From Octopus bimaculoides (taxonomy: Eukaryota), in assembly GCF_001194135.2 (NCBI RefSeq), contig NC_068990.1:63091011-63155010 (forward strand): 64,000 nucleotides of DNA. The letters are read 5' to 3'. The notes under the pieces are model-generated. The model searched no databases. It was not told where the DNA came from and worked only from the letters and a program-made list of their open reading frames with translations. Made by a program: the position numbers and the translations under genes. Shown here in pieces: positions 1 through 12,585 of the stretch. Positions within the stretch are counted from its first letter, which is position 1; each line of letters opens with the position of its first letter.

Positions 1-430
1 ATGGAGAGAACATCACTAAAACCATAAATACATGGGCTATAGTCGTATTGAGATGATCTTCTCCTTTTATGAAACGGACAAAGGTCGAGCTACTGAACTT
101 GGATAAAAGAACTATAAAGCTATTCACAATGCACAACGCACTTCACCTTAAAAGCAGTACCGACCGACTCTACCTACCAAAAGAGGAAGATGGAAGAGGA
201 TTATAAAACGCAGAAGACACTGTAAATACTGTGATACTGAGTCTGAAAAATTATGTCGTGGAAAGTAAAGAAAGAATACTATCGGCAGCCAGAGATACTC
301 CCAAAACAGTAGGAGCATTCAAAGAGAAAAGGAAGAACACCAGAATAAAGAAATGAAAAGAAAGGGAATTGCATGGTCAATTCATGCAACATACCGAGAA
401 TGCTGGAAGTAAAGATCGCTAGTTCTGGCT
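1..430 (+). mobile_element. R4/Dong-clade non-LTR retrotransposon fragment (post-RT region), degenerate
   Basis: Frame +3 reads GENITKTINTWAIVVLR*...ELLNLDKRTIKLFTMHNALHLKSSTDRLYLPKEEDGRGL, then ELHGQF. This matches the INTWA / LDxxTRK / RLYLPRxxGGRGL / LHGQF motifs of R4-type ORFs. Contains stops. Confidence 0.8.
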
Positions 431-439
431 TTTCGATCG

Positions 440-1300
440 GTTTGGCAAAGTTGTACTCTCTCGTATCTTCTGTATGTCCTGGCACTTGAGCTACTACTGT
501 AGAAACTAGAGATTTGAGCGAATTCTTGGACGCTAAAACTTCACGTCGCTTATGCAAACAACGTCACAGTCTAAGAGACAACGTCACCAGAGGTGATCAA
601 CACTGTTCCAGTAGACTACGATATAATGACAAGAGCCAAAAAAATCAACCAAAAATGTCTGGGCCAGCATTTCAGCACCCGGAAAGGCAGGTGCATACTG
701 TCTAACAGCGTCGTAGCGCGCTGAACGAATGGATAGTTTACATTGCAAGAGGTCTATTTTGATCCAGATCTTTAAGTGGAGAACTAGAAAGATGTGACAA
801 ACGGTGAGGCCAATCTCACCTAGAAATGGGTCGATGCAAAATCATTCGTAGTGTTTGACCTAATTACAATACTCTCATCTGCGTACGCCGGCACACCTCC
901 TCATGCATCCTAGTTAGAAAGAGACGCCCTTCAAGAGTTCTAGCTTCTGCAGCATTGGTTCAAGTCAGCTCCTATAGAAGAGACCAGAGAAGAAGCCCTG
1001 ACTAATCGAGTGCATAATATGAAAAGGGTCTATGAGATGGCTGCTCTCTTTCACCACCGAGTAAGTGCCAATATGCATAACTGCTATCGAAACTGGGAAA
1101 ACGGGTTCGGAGCCAGACACTTAAAACTGGAACCAAAATATGATAGCTGACCTTATCGAAAGCTTCCGACATATCCAAATTGATCAATTTCCTACCAAAG
1201 CGTAGCGGTAGACAAAGTGTTCCATAATCTTTTCTATTTGCTTGCTCCAAACAGTTGGACAAAGTGCTGTTGGAACACAATACACATCTGCTTGGAACCA
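440..1300 (-). mobile_element. Tx1/L1-clade LINE reverse transcriptase fragment, degenerate
   Basis: Minus-strand pieces read LDMSEAFDKVSYHIL, PFHIMHSISQGFFSGLFY..LEPMLQKLELLKGV and VPAYADE. These correspond to LDxSKAFDRV, SVRQGCPLSPLLY..LEP and YADD. Frameshifts and stops present. Confidence 0.75.
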
Positions 1301-2224
1301 AGTATCACTCGCCGTACGTCTTAAAAAATTGTGGCAGTGTTGTAATGTCACGTCTCGCAAGTTATGCATAAAGAAAAGTAGTACGTTTCGAATATGTGTT
1401 GTTGGCACATGTATTAAAGTATTACTCTAGTATGGAATAAACAATAACTCCCGCGTAAATATAGTTTCATACAATCACGAAATTTTAATTTCAGCACGAC
1501 TGAATGAATTGAAATGAAATGAGAGAAAATAGGGGTAAGACAAGAAAATAACGATAGTAACAATACCAATATGATAATGAGTTGGGTTCAGCTAAATGTA
1601 AAAGAAATGACATTTGCATATATTAGTAGATGAAGTAACCACACACGGTGAAAGAAATGAAAAATAAAGTCAGTCATATGAAAGTACTTGCATTAACCAT
1701 TACAGATAGTGTTTTGATAAAATACATATAGAGTCGGAAGCATACATCAAATATTTGAAGTTGTGATTGCCAACAATAACTGAAAAAGAGATCAATGGAA
1801 TTTGAGATTTGCAAAAGGAAAAACTAAAACTAAAACCAAATTGAGAAAGTTAATGATTCCTTTTTCACTATGTTAACAGCTACATAAAAAAGGCGGATGA
1901 AACATTTTCTGCTCCATTTCATGACGGAAGCTGTTAATTGATGTGTTCATAGTTAGAGTCAAAGATATAGTTTCGTTCCTTTGCAGAATAAATAGGTCAG
2001 TATTTCCACTTTACTGTCGCTACCGCGGTTCTTGTGTGATATTTGATGTTTTAACACAATCATTTCTAGTCTCGTATAGATGATGTTTATTTTATTTTTC
2101 CTGTTTGGAAATAGATATGCTGAATGTGTTGTTGTTTTAACGCGATTTCAATACTAATCAAACAGACCTGTGATCAAAGTTGTTCCATGCATGACAATCC
2201 CGTCTTTTTTTTTTATATCTAGGA

Positions 2225-2550
2225 CAGTGGTTCTCAAATCTTTTCGACTCTGTGGCGTTTAGAGATCAAACAGAAAATTACTAGCGCAATTCACATGGAA
2301 AGTTTTTTTTTAAAAAGATATTTTACATTTAAAAATTTAGAAAAGTCATAGAAAATGTTGTTTTATTAATCATGGTTGTGTGAAACACGAGTTTGATGTT
2401 CTTTGTATGTATGATAAACAGACTAATTTCTTCGTGAATAAACTGAATTATTTCTCCTTTTTGCGTTTAGTCTTGTTCATTGAAGAAAATCCTAATTCAC
2501 ATAAATATGATGTTGAAAACCGAATCAAAATAGACAAAGATATTTTTAGC
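2225..2550 (-). mobile_element. hAT-Charlie/Buster DNA transposon 3' end with transposase C-terminal dimerization motif
   Basis: CAGTGGTTCTCAAA terminus at 2225 is preceded by ATCTAGGA, a Charlie-like target. The minus strand encodes ILIRFSTSYLCELGFSSMNKTKRKK (hAT FxTxYLCExGFS motif). Confidence 0.8.
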
Positions 2551-2805
2551 TACTGAAGTATACTCTACTCTGGTGGAAAGGCAAAATTTTTCAAGGGACA
2601 GCGCCTCCCATTTGATTTTTAAGTCCTTGATCATGCAATACAGAAGCTAGTTCTTTTCAAGACAATTTCAAAATAAAATCACTTGGAATTTCCATGAGAG
2701 GTTTAATGATGAATAATGGAAGACCAAATTCTCTTCTAGACTTGACAAAAGCTCCTTTTAAAGGACTTTTACTTACCATCTCTCGCATTTCATTTTCAAA
2801 TTAAT

Positions 2806-2940
2806 AATACGCACGCACATACATGTATGCACGCATACACACACACATACACACACACACACACGCACGCACGCACGCACACGCACACACACACACACAC
2901 ACACATGTAAGCACGCACGGACGCACACTTGTACACGTGA
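2806..2940. repeat. Compound (CA)n/(CGCA)n microsatellite
   Basis: Direct reading. Confidence 0.95.
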
Positions 2941-3069
2941 TCTGTATCTGCATGCGAGAGCTCCTAAAAATGCTCTTCAGAACTTTAGAAAGATGATTGG
3001 TGCAGAATTGGAAGATATGACTTGGTCAAATGTAGTTCGTTGTTTTTTCTGATATTGTGAGTGACAAAA

Positions 3070-3850
3070 ATTGGAAGGGATCGAACACTTCTGTTTGAAA
3101 ATCTAAAAATCGCCAAAAAAAAAAGCAGGCGCCAAAATTTCCTGCAATTGGGTCTCTTTTAAACTGTTCTTTCAAAAGAATTGTTGTGATATGCAAGAAA
3201 TTCCAACAACTGTGCGTAAAGACCCTGGCATAAATGCAGCCATGATCAAGGTCTAGCACGAATACGTGGTGGCTGTACTCAAGACAGCCGGTTTTGGTCC
3301 CGTTTTCAAGGACTGTAACGCCGTAATGTACGGCGATATCCGAACGGTGCTCAGAGAAAATAATCCTTTATCAGAACACTTCAGTATCATATGTTTTGTC
3401 CATCAAGGTCGCTTTCTTTCTTGTCTCATTCGTACGCAATGTGTGTAGAAGCACTAATACCGAAACTAGAAACTTTGAGAAGGATTCCAGGAGAACGTGC
3501 ATCTTTGGCAGTATATGCAAACAACGCCACAGACTTAGTGTCAGTCATCAAGAACAATGAGTTACTCGATGATTTTGTCAACCCTTGGATGAAAGAGGAA
3601 TGGGTGGTGATGACAGGAACCAAAGTTAAGCAGAAAAAGTCATCCAACAGCGTCATAGATCGCTGGATGGACGGGCGGTAACAGTGCTCGGGCTCCAGGT
3701 GAAAAAGAACTGGAGTAATGTAACGAGCGGAGGTGAGTGTCATTCTCTCCTAGAAATAGGGAAAGAGAAACCTTACCCTGAAGTGTAGGGTAGAGGTAAT
3801 CAACTCTTATATTGCTTTCATCGCATATTACCGCTTGAAATTCGGACATC
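3070..3850 (+). mobile_element. Tx1/L1-clade LINE reverse transcriptase fragment, degenerate
   Basis: Reads EYVVAVLKTAGFGPVFKD...PLSEHFSIICFVHQGRFLS, ALIPKLETLRRIPGERASLAVYANNA (decayed YADD), EKNWS and a LTLKCRVEVINSYI-like segment. Same family signature as 440-1300. Confidence 0.75.
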
Positions 3851-5780
3851 TACCATTATTTATATCGATTTTGGAAATCGTTCCGCCACCTTCGTTTGGG
3901 CGAGATGGACTAGAAGTCTTTATCTGTCTAGTGATTTTAGCGAAGGCAGTTGTTCGGTGGATGTGATTGAAGAGTCTGTAGACCAAAATTTTGTCAGCTT
4001 TTCAAGATTAACTTGAAAAAGGGGTGGTGAAAATGGAAGTACTGCCTCCAAGCAAATTTAAAGGCAGATGGGCGGCGAACATGGTCCGAGCAAATTGTCC
4101 TTTGAAGAAAGCACTTGATTTTGCGGTAAATGTAACCGTAATTTTGAGGTATTTCCACATGTAGGTCTCGGAAGGTTCATTGGTTTGGAACAATTATTCT
4201 TTGATATTTTTTGTTTCTGTTATTTTACTTTTTCTTTAATCCCGCACTCTACCGTTTTGCGCCAATTTAGGTGATTTTGCCAAACCTTAGGTGAAAAGCC
4301 GCACAAAGAACAAATTGTAGCTTTGTTACCTTATTGTGCCATCATCTCTCGGAACCAGTATGCGTTCCATTATGTCTTAGAGAACCTAAATTAGCTGTGG
4401 GGTAACACAAATTCGTTCTTTTCGCTGAAGAATTAATCCAGAGCCAATTTCTTTCAAACATGTTGGTTGCGATACTTGTTTTACGCGCCTCTTTTAAGAT
4501 TTTAATTATCCTACTTCTCTCTATAGCTCTTCCTTATTCATTCTTGTCGATTCTACTCTAATCGTACTTTTCACAGCGAACCGACATTCCCTGTTGACGA
4601 CCGTTTCTGTCAACGAGCTCTTAACTAATGTGCTAATCTAGTTTCTGTTGACTTGTAACACAGAGACGGATCTGTTCAACTTCTAGTAATCAGGGCCCTA
4701 CCAGCGAAGTGTATCTAGTTCTACAGTATAAGCCAGAAACTAGAAGTTTGTTTATGCGACAACTTTGAACTGTGGACAACCCATACTATCCCAAAGTACT
4801 GGCTCAGAGAATATTCTACCGAAATGCAGCCTGGATGATTTGATACAGTTTGTCTTTTCTAATTTTGAGCACATTCAGTATCCATCCAGTAGCTGTCAAA
4901 CATCTGAGCCTGTATGCAAGTCTTTTTCACATGTTTGCGTTGAGCTACCCACATCCGATCGTACATCCACGATGGCTTTCTGATCACACAGTAGCATTAA
5001 AAGCGGCATATTTATAGGAAGATTCCAGAAGAAATTTGGCTGCCTTGCTCAGGTTGTATTGTAGATGCCTATTAGTTTGAAAGTATGATCTCCGCAGTTG
5101 CATCACTTTATGAAGCACCGGCTGATACACTAGCTTCAAGAAAATGGCCCGTATTGTGAGATACAAACCTTTGTGAAATAACACAGCAAATTTAACTCCC
5201 AGGTCCTTACTGGCTTGGAGAAGTATACATCTTGTACCCATCAAAAATGGGTGTGAAGGCTCGTGGCTTATTCTGCTCTCGCAGATGACCAACACTTCTA
5301 TATTTAGTGATCCGATGTAGTTGATTAGGTGGCCCTGCTTCTAAAGCAATTCCAGACCATGTTCATCTATATTGTCTATTCTAACTTTAGCCATATTAGA
5401 TCGGAAGAGCGAGAAAATCCCTTCGTGCAACGAAGGGGTAAGTATCTTTTTGTCTCGGCTAGTTGTGGGTATTTCCACATATAAATGTTTGTAAATTCTA
5501 TGACCTTCCCCAAATAATCCATTCCGTAGTATTATATTGTTTTCAATTTGTTTGTAAGATCCTTGTGATGTTTTTGAGAATTTTACGTATGTATTGGTAT
5601 TTTATTTGATGGTGTAAAGAAATCTAGTGTGTAATGTTTGAGTGTTTATGTATGCAGTTTATTAGTTCTCTGGGGTTTTTTTCGTCGTTGGTGGTGTAGT
5701 CTACAATATCCTTTGAGGATGTTATACTCGTTGGCTCAAATACTCTAGACTAGTGTTTCTCATAGAAGCATCTCCATTTC
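3850..5780 (-). mobile_element. Heavily decayed APE-type LINE (CR1/L2/jockey group): endonuclease start through RT N-terminus
   Basis: Minus-strand order: NYIGSLNIEVLVICESRI (EN domain I/II-like, ~5330-5260), IGIYN-like, a PDY (SDH-like) segment near 4690, then SIFTTP and a KSLD..KTSSP-like RT leader near 4040-3930. Many disruptions. Confidence 0.45.
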
Positions 5781-6474
5781 TGGAAGGATTAAGGGGAAGA
5801 AAAATGAGCAGAAAAGTTGTAATACCCAATAATAATGGGATGGTGTTGAACCTTTTATACTTGTCCTGTGCAATTCAAAGCAAGAAGAATTAAATGAATG
5901 AAAAACCTATTTTAGTTTCTCCATAATAAAGAAAAGCGATGGGGAAAAACTTCAATGATATTTGCGTATTTGTTATTTTGAGAACCACTGCTAAGTCATC
6001 CTTGTTATAAATTATAGCTTCGATATCAAGTTAAGCGAATTGAAGATCTTTGAAACAAGAAACTGCTTACAGCGTTCTGAAGCAACCCCACGCGTAGCTA
6101 ATATTGATAGAATATATTTTGCTCGCACATAGGATCTGATACAAACTGAAAATACAAGCAAAGTAACAATTGTGAGATTAGAAAATACTTAGAAGAAAGT
6201 AAAAGGAAATTGATTTGAGTAGTAAGGAAGGAAACACGAAGAAAAGAAATAACTTTTCTCACTATATAAAGAAACGCTGAAGAACAAACAAGAAACTAAC
6301 AACACCAAAGAGAATATGCAGATAGAGAAGAAAAGATAAAAGTTTTTGAAATATAATAAAAATAAAAATGAAACTTTAAAATAGAGTAAAGAAAAAACCC
6401 AAACACGGTCAAAAAAACTACTCCTTGACCAATAACATGCAACGCTCATGCGAAAGGAAGTAAACCAGACTGAG

Positions 6475-6760
6475 AAACAACAATGGATTAAGTTTCTTGC
6501 TTAAAATTAAAAAAAAGAAACTTTTATTTCGGCTGCATAGGTTCAATGTCTAACTACAAATATAAAATAATGTAAAAAAGAGACTAACAAAGTTTAAACT
6601 CTGCAATCAACACAATGAGGCAATTGACTCCATTACTCCTGGATGTGCAACTCTGGCCAAATCTGAATATATATTCCTAGATGTAATCAAATTGACAGCC
6701 GTGTCACTGGGCAATATGCAGACACTTCCAAGTGAAACAATAAAATGTAGAATAAGGAAA
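6475..6760 (+). mobile_element. R4/Dong-clade fragment containing the CCHC zinc-knuckle region
   Basis: LCNQHNEAIDSITPGCATLAKSEY matches CxxCxxxxETIxHIxSGCxxLAxxEY of R4 elements. Confidence 0.7.
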
Positions 6761-6996
6761 AACCAAACACAGTTTATAGAACTGATCGGTCAAATATTAT
6801 AAGGAATTTGCTTACCAAAATTAACAAGGAGAGCATGGTAAAATGCTTGGATGTAATTATCGAAGGACTGGAAGAAAATCGACAACTCATTGCAAAACAT
6901 AAGTCGGGCGGAAAGGGAACAATTGCCACAGTACGAGGATCTCAAAATTGAATTAAGTAGTGTATGGAGTATGAAAATAAATTCAGCAACAAAAAT

Positions 6997-7210
6997 GGTA
7001 AGCCGGCAGACTCGTTAGTTAGCCGGGCAAACTGCTTAGTTGCATTTCGTCCGTCTTCACGTTCTGAGTTCAAATTCCACCAAAGCCGACTTTGCATTTC
7101 GTTCTTCTGGAGTTGATAAAATAAGTTCCAGTTGAGCAGCGGGGTCGATGTAATCGACTTACGCATCTCACCCGAACTTGCTGGCGTTGTGCCAAACTTT
7201 GAAATCAATT
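6997..7210 (+). mobile_element. tRNA-headed SINE, family A
   Basis: A-box-like GGCAGACTCGTTAG, B-box GAGTTCAAATTCC, and a 3' GGGGTCGATGTAATCGAC module. Homologous to more than ten other copies in the window. Confidence 0.85.
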
Positions 7211-7761
7211 AATTCAGCAACAATGATAAATTGAGCGGAAGATGTGTAACAAGTACATGAATAAAAATCGTAAAAAATAATAATCGTCCCTAGAATATCA
7301 CAGCCTACTATGTAAGATATTTTCAAAAACAAAACCTTTTCCACAAACAACACTACCTCTGTACAAAACCCATCCGTTAAAAAATCAAAATCACACAAAT
7401 AATACACTAAATAATAATCTCTACCTAATGATACATATCTCATATTTCTTCGTAATTGTTATTCGACTCTATAGCACCAACACCTCACATTCAATATAAT
7501 TGTTATCCTGTTATCCAATAGTATAACACAACCTTCACAATCAATATCCAATTCAACAACTATTCTATTCCCACTGTACATACAAAATTCAAACACCACC
7601 CCCAACAATGTAACAGAACTTACATTACACATATTCTACAAAACAAACATTTTCAAATACTAATATAACACCAGAAACAATGAAATAAATCTCATAGTAA
7701 AACAAATATGAAGTGGTATTCAAACAATTCTATATCTCTGTATTACGATGCTGTACAGTGC

Positions 7762-7810
7762 TCAAGAGTACGGAGGTGCAGCTGATGGTGCAGTGGAAGC
7801 TCGCATAAAG
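7762..7810 (-). CDS. Candidate terminal coding exon (…FMRASTAPSAAPPYS*), unassigned
   Basis: A GC-richer island after the acceptor TTTACAACAG, followed by a long U/G-rich 3'UTR-like stretch. Two other open frames exist, so the frame is not certain. Confidence 0.25.
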
Positions 7811-8254
7811 CTGTTGTAAACATGATGATATACAATAACAACAACTGCAACAATAGTAATGACAATAATGATAGAAAACATCATCAATATTACAGTTGTT
7901 ATTGTTGTTGTTATTGTTGTTATCGTTGTTGGTGTTGTTGTTGTTGTTGTTGCAATTCTTGATGATCACGAGGAGTATATTCAGGATATAAAAAACGAAC
8001 CTAAAAATTACAAGTGATGAAATTTAAAAAAAAAGATCTTTTTAATATGGATGGAATATTTGTAAAAGAAAAATTCTCCTCTGTTGCCAACGTGGTGAAT
8101 GCATAGAAAGGAAAAAGAAAATCTTGTCAAGTAAAAGTTACGTATACTCACATAGCTATGTTCAAAATATATATCTGTGTGCGTGTGTATGTATGCGTGT
8201 ATACATGTGTGTGGGCATGAAGATATATATGTGTGTGTCTTTGTGTATGTATGT

Positions 8255-8402
8255 ATGAATGTATGTATGAATGTATGTATGTATGTATGTATGTATGTAT
8301 GTATGTATGTATGTTTGTATTATGTATGTATGAATGTATGTATGTTTCTGAGTGTGTATGCTTTACCGAGAGTGTGAGGAATCATTGAGCAATTTTCTTT
8401 GA

Positions 8403-8459
<57 letters not shown>

Positions 8460-8468
8460 GTCTATCTA
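8255..8468. repeat. (GTAT)n and (CTAT)n tetranucleotide arrays
   Basis: Direct reading. Confidence 0.95.
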
Positions 8469-8890
8469 TTTTTCTTTCTATTTATCAGTCTTTTTTATCT
8501 ATTTATGTCTGTCTGTCAGCATGTCTGTGTATCTAGCCTCTATCTTTCTATTTATCTAGCTATCTATTTATTTCTCTCTCCCTCTGTCTGCATACACATA
8601 CTTAAACACGCAAATACACATACACATACACGTTCGCGCATATAACCTATCCTAATGTAGCAGCAATATCTTGTTGGTTGGCGTTCAATAACACAGAGTG
8701 CGCTAATGGAATTACATCAGAGAAGTAGGAATACCGCTTATTCAAATGTAAATTGAGCATCGAAGAGCAACAAATACACTTAGAGAGAAACATTGAATAT
8801 CAACAAACAAAGCACTTGAATAGTTGCCTACCATTGTGCAATAATTGTGAAGGGAACGAATTACAGGATGCGTGTTTATATATATATATA

Positions 8891-8951
<61 letters not shown>

Positions 8952-8957
8952 ACGCAC

Positions 8958-9110
8958 ATCGTCTGTAACCTATGCTGCCAGTCATGCGAATCTGCATCGG
9001 GACTAAATAGTCGACTGAGAAGTCATGGACAGAGAGTCAGAAATCTTATTGACAACGAGGAAACTCAAGGAGACGGCAATTATCTCTGGTGATGGAGCAA
9101 TCACCATATA
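8958..9110 (+). mobile_element. RTE (BovB-like) LINE 3' end, 5'-truncated
   Basis: VCNLCCQSCESASGLNSRLRSH zinc-finger-like C-terminus, then a short 3'UTR ending GATGGAGCAATCACCA-(TA)n. Confidence 0.7.
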
Positions 9111-9112
9111 TG

Positions 9113-9630
9113 TATATGGTGATTGCTTCATCTTGAGAGATGATAGCTGTCCCATCAACACACACACCACACCCCTTAGATGACTATTAAGACCAGCTGC
9201 TGACTGACAGGGTTTAAAACACAAATGATAGATGTTATTCAAATTTCTTCTATATCTTTGCTCTTTGGAATCTGATTCTGAAGGAATGTTTTTGTGGCCA
9301 AAAGAATGTTTTTGTGAACTAACATATGTCTTTTAAGTACATTCTCTAAGCAGAAAGTCGTCAGCTCTTAAAGCTATATGTGGGACATTTCAACTTTTTG
9401 CCCTACACTACAAGGGTTTACGCATTTCTGTCTGCACCCACAACAGGCACGTTTGAAGGATATTCTCTGGTCTTCATGTATTTCAGGACTAGAGTGTCCA
9501 TGTACACTCCGATCAGCCAAACATCTTTTGAGTAACCTCAGCGTCCACCACGTGTCCGGACTATGATGCTGGTAGTTTGAAAACGAGTCAACGGTCAACA
9601 TTGCTATAAATGTCCTTTGCTTCAACACTC
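9113..9630 (-). mobile_element. RTE (BovB-like) LINE 3' region, opposite orientation
   Basis: The minus strand carries an RTE C-terminal region (decayed WxGHxxRM..R.PK-like segment), HLCFKPCQSAAGLNSHLR and the tail GATGAAGCAATCACCA-TATA. Confidence 0.75.
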
Positions 9631-9688
9631 GCGTTAGGATGTCCTATATATGTCGGTACAAGTCTAAGAGAGGTATTATGACGCACCA

Positions 9689-9900
9689 CGAGAGGGTGCT
9701 GAAAATTTCCTGGCTTTGGGTAAAAGAAAATATAGGAGGATCGGTTAATTATGATTTTATTCAACATATTCCTCTCTCACATACATACTGTGGTTATCCT
9801 TCAGTTTTTTCTAAGCCCTATAAAAGAACTCAGAAGGTTGGGCCTCTAACCATGCCTTTCACGACACTTTTAAACCTAGGAACTTTTCAGCACTCTCTCT
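9689..9900 (-). mobile_element. mariner-derived MITE
   Basis: Imperfect ~25-bp TIRs (CGAGAGGGTGCTGAAAA…/…AGGAACTTTTCAGCACTCTC). The internal remnant of the transposase C-terminus is shared with the copies at 29696 and 30178. Confidence 0.8.
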
Positions 9901-10149
9901 GAGTTCTACTTGCTTTCTTTCCTTTTCCTCAGATTTGAAAACGAAGCACAAACTTTCATATGTGCTCTCCCTGTATTCGAAACGCAAAAAGCCAGCATCC
10001 TGTCTTTTTCTATCCTGTTCCACATTTTGTTCTAGGGTTAATCCCCACCACCACCGAAAAAATTCTGTATCGCTTGGTAATTGTCCAATATTATCGGTGC
10101 TGTTTGTATTGTGAAACGATTTACACCAAATGACAGTAATAGTAGTGTT

Positions 10150-10330
10150 CTTAAGGTAGGCATAAGGCCAGAAATTTGCGTGAATTGGTTAGTCGATTAA
10201 GTCCACTTAAGTACTTGACTAGTACTTTAATTTATCGACCCCTGAAGGAAGAAAGACAAAAGATTACCTTGACAGGCTATTAATGCAGATGTAAAGAACT
10301 GTAACTAGATACCAGAAGGTACTTTGTCCA
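10150..10330 (-). mobile_element. SINE family A, degenerate
   Basis: Reverse-complement of the family A 3' modules (TTTATCGACCCC, AGTCGATT). Confidence 0.55.
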
Positions 10331-10815
10331 ATACTCTAGCAATTCAAAAATATAAACTCCTACCCAAAATATATGTTAATTAAAATCTTGCTTTTATCTC
10401 TTTCTTAATTGGTCGATTTAATAACGTTTATATTCATATAATTTTTCTTCCTTTGTTGTGGTGTTTGTCAAGTTTAATAATTTGAAAGCAATCCTAAATT
10501 AATACTTATAAAAAACAATTTGACATCCGCCCATATTTCAATACTAACAACTTCGTTTCACCACGTGAAACACATATGTGAAGTACTTAATTGGCTCCAG
10601 ACAAAATATAAAGGCGACCACGACAACTTTCATGACACAAAGGCACCGTTAGCACAGTTGGTACGACTGGGAAATATAGTTTATAGTATAGCTATATACT
10701 AATGCTGAATGCAATAAGTTAATATTTTGAGCATGTAACAGATTTATGGGTAACATTCGGTATTATGAGGAAGGCTCTGAAATCTGTCAGTCACTCAATC
10801 AATCAGCCAATCGAT

Positions 10816-10819
10816 CATC

Positions 10820-10862
<43 letters not shown>

Positions 10863-11057
10863 CCTATCTATCTATCTATCTTCCTAGCTGCTATCTGTCT
10901 CTTCCTCAGTTTGTCTGTCCGCCTATCTATTTATCTATTTAAATATCTAGTTACGTGGCTAGCTAGCTTTATATGGATTTGTCTGTCAGTCTCTTTCTAT
11001 CGACAGAGGAAAGTAACCCATTATTTATTACATATTTCTCTATTAAGATATATATGG

Positions 11058-11092
<35 letters not shown>

Positions 11093-11475
11093 TATATATA
11101 TATATATTAGAGCGTGCGTATGAGTGTGTGAGTTTTCGTGTGCATGTATGTGTATATGCAGCATAAAAACACGCTCACTTTTAGCCAGACACACACATTA
11201 ACCATCACCAATAGCGGATGCTGTCAGCCCCCACTTATAACCAAAGACCAATAAAATAGATATCACCGCGCAGATAAATGGCTGATATACAACTTCTTTG
11301 ATACCATGTGAAGGAAACGGGTATAACTATAACTGATCAATGTACAACATAGAGCAGCGCCTATACACTGTGGCCCAACATTTCATGAGCAAAAAAAATG
11401 GAGAAAAGAAGACCATATATACATGTGTATATGTGTGTATGTGTACATATGTGTGTGGGCATGTGTGCCTGTGTG

Positions 11476-11545
<70 letters not shown>

Positions 11546-12168
11546 CATATAAACATATACATGCATAAATATATACGCATAAATGAGTTTTTATGTGAGT
11601 ATGGGAAGGTAAGAGTGTGTGTGTGCGCGTGCACCTGTGTGCATTGTGTGTATGTGTGTGTGTGTGTGAGTGTGTGTAACATGTGCGTCTATTTGATTAT
11701 CTGTATATTTTTTACATGTTTGTGTTTAAAATTGTATATCAAAAAGAATAATGAATATGAAATCAATAGAGACATTTATCCGGGAAAAAATATCATAATC
11801 GGTAGATGTATCATATAAGCATTTGAAGCTGTTTTCTCAGCTGAAATAGAAAGAAAAAAAAATTGCGAGATAAAGAAAGAAAGGATATTCAGTCTTTTAT
11901 AAAAGGATCTGTAGGTGTGAAAGAGAAAATGTTTCTTTGTTACGAGGTAAAAGAAGTAAAAAAGAAGCGATTAGTCCGTCCTTATTCGATGAGTTAACAG
12001 TGACAAGGAAAAAAATGAATTGCTGTTAAAATTTGAAAACAGTGGTATATTTCACGAAATTCAGAATTTAAAAAAAAATGTACCCACACACACTTTACAC
12101 AGTTTATATATGTGTATGTGTGTGCGTGTGAGAATGTGTGCATGTATGTATATATATGTACATATGTG

Positions 12169-12217
<49 letters not shown>

Positions 12218-12585
12218 ATATATGTGTATATATGTATATATACATACAGAAAAAAAGAGAGAGGCAGAGAGACAGAGAAAGAAGTGAGAGAGAAAGAGAG
12301 AGAGGGGAACGTATTTGCATAAACAACCTGATACATACGTTCATATATAATATATATGTGTGTGGGGGGGTGCGTATGTATATGTATGCATGTATATATA
12401 TTCAGACACACACACAGATAGAAAGATAGATATATAGATAAAGTTATATAAATGTATGACTTTGTACGTACGTACATTGTACATATATATATATATGTAT
12501 ATAAATAAATATGTATGTATGTATGTATGTATACAAATACATATACATGTATATGTATGTGCGTATGTATATATGTATGTATGTT
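10816..12585. repeat. Cluster of (CTAT)n, (TA)n, (TG)n, (GA)n and (GTAT)n microsatellites with unique spacers
   Basis: Direct reading. These arrays are the source of the YIYIYI / CVCVCV pseudo-ORFs. Confidence 0.9.

Noticed and set aside
11205-11325. Minus-strand hydrophobic frame LYPFPSHGIKEVVYQPFICAVISILLVFGYKWGLTASAI
   Set aside because: Only weak splice sites; cannot be distinguished from chance.
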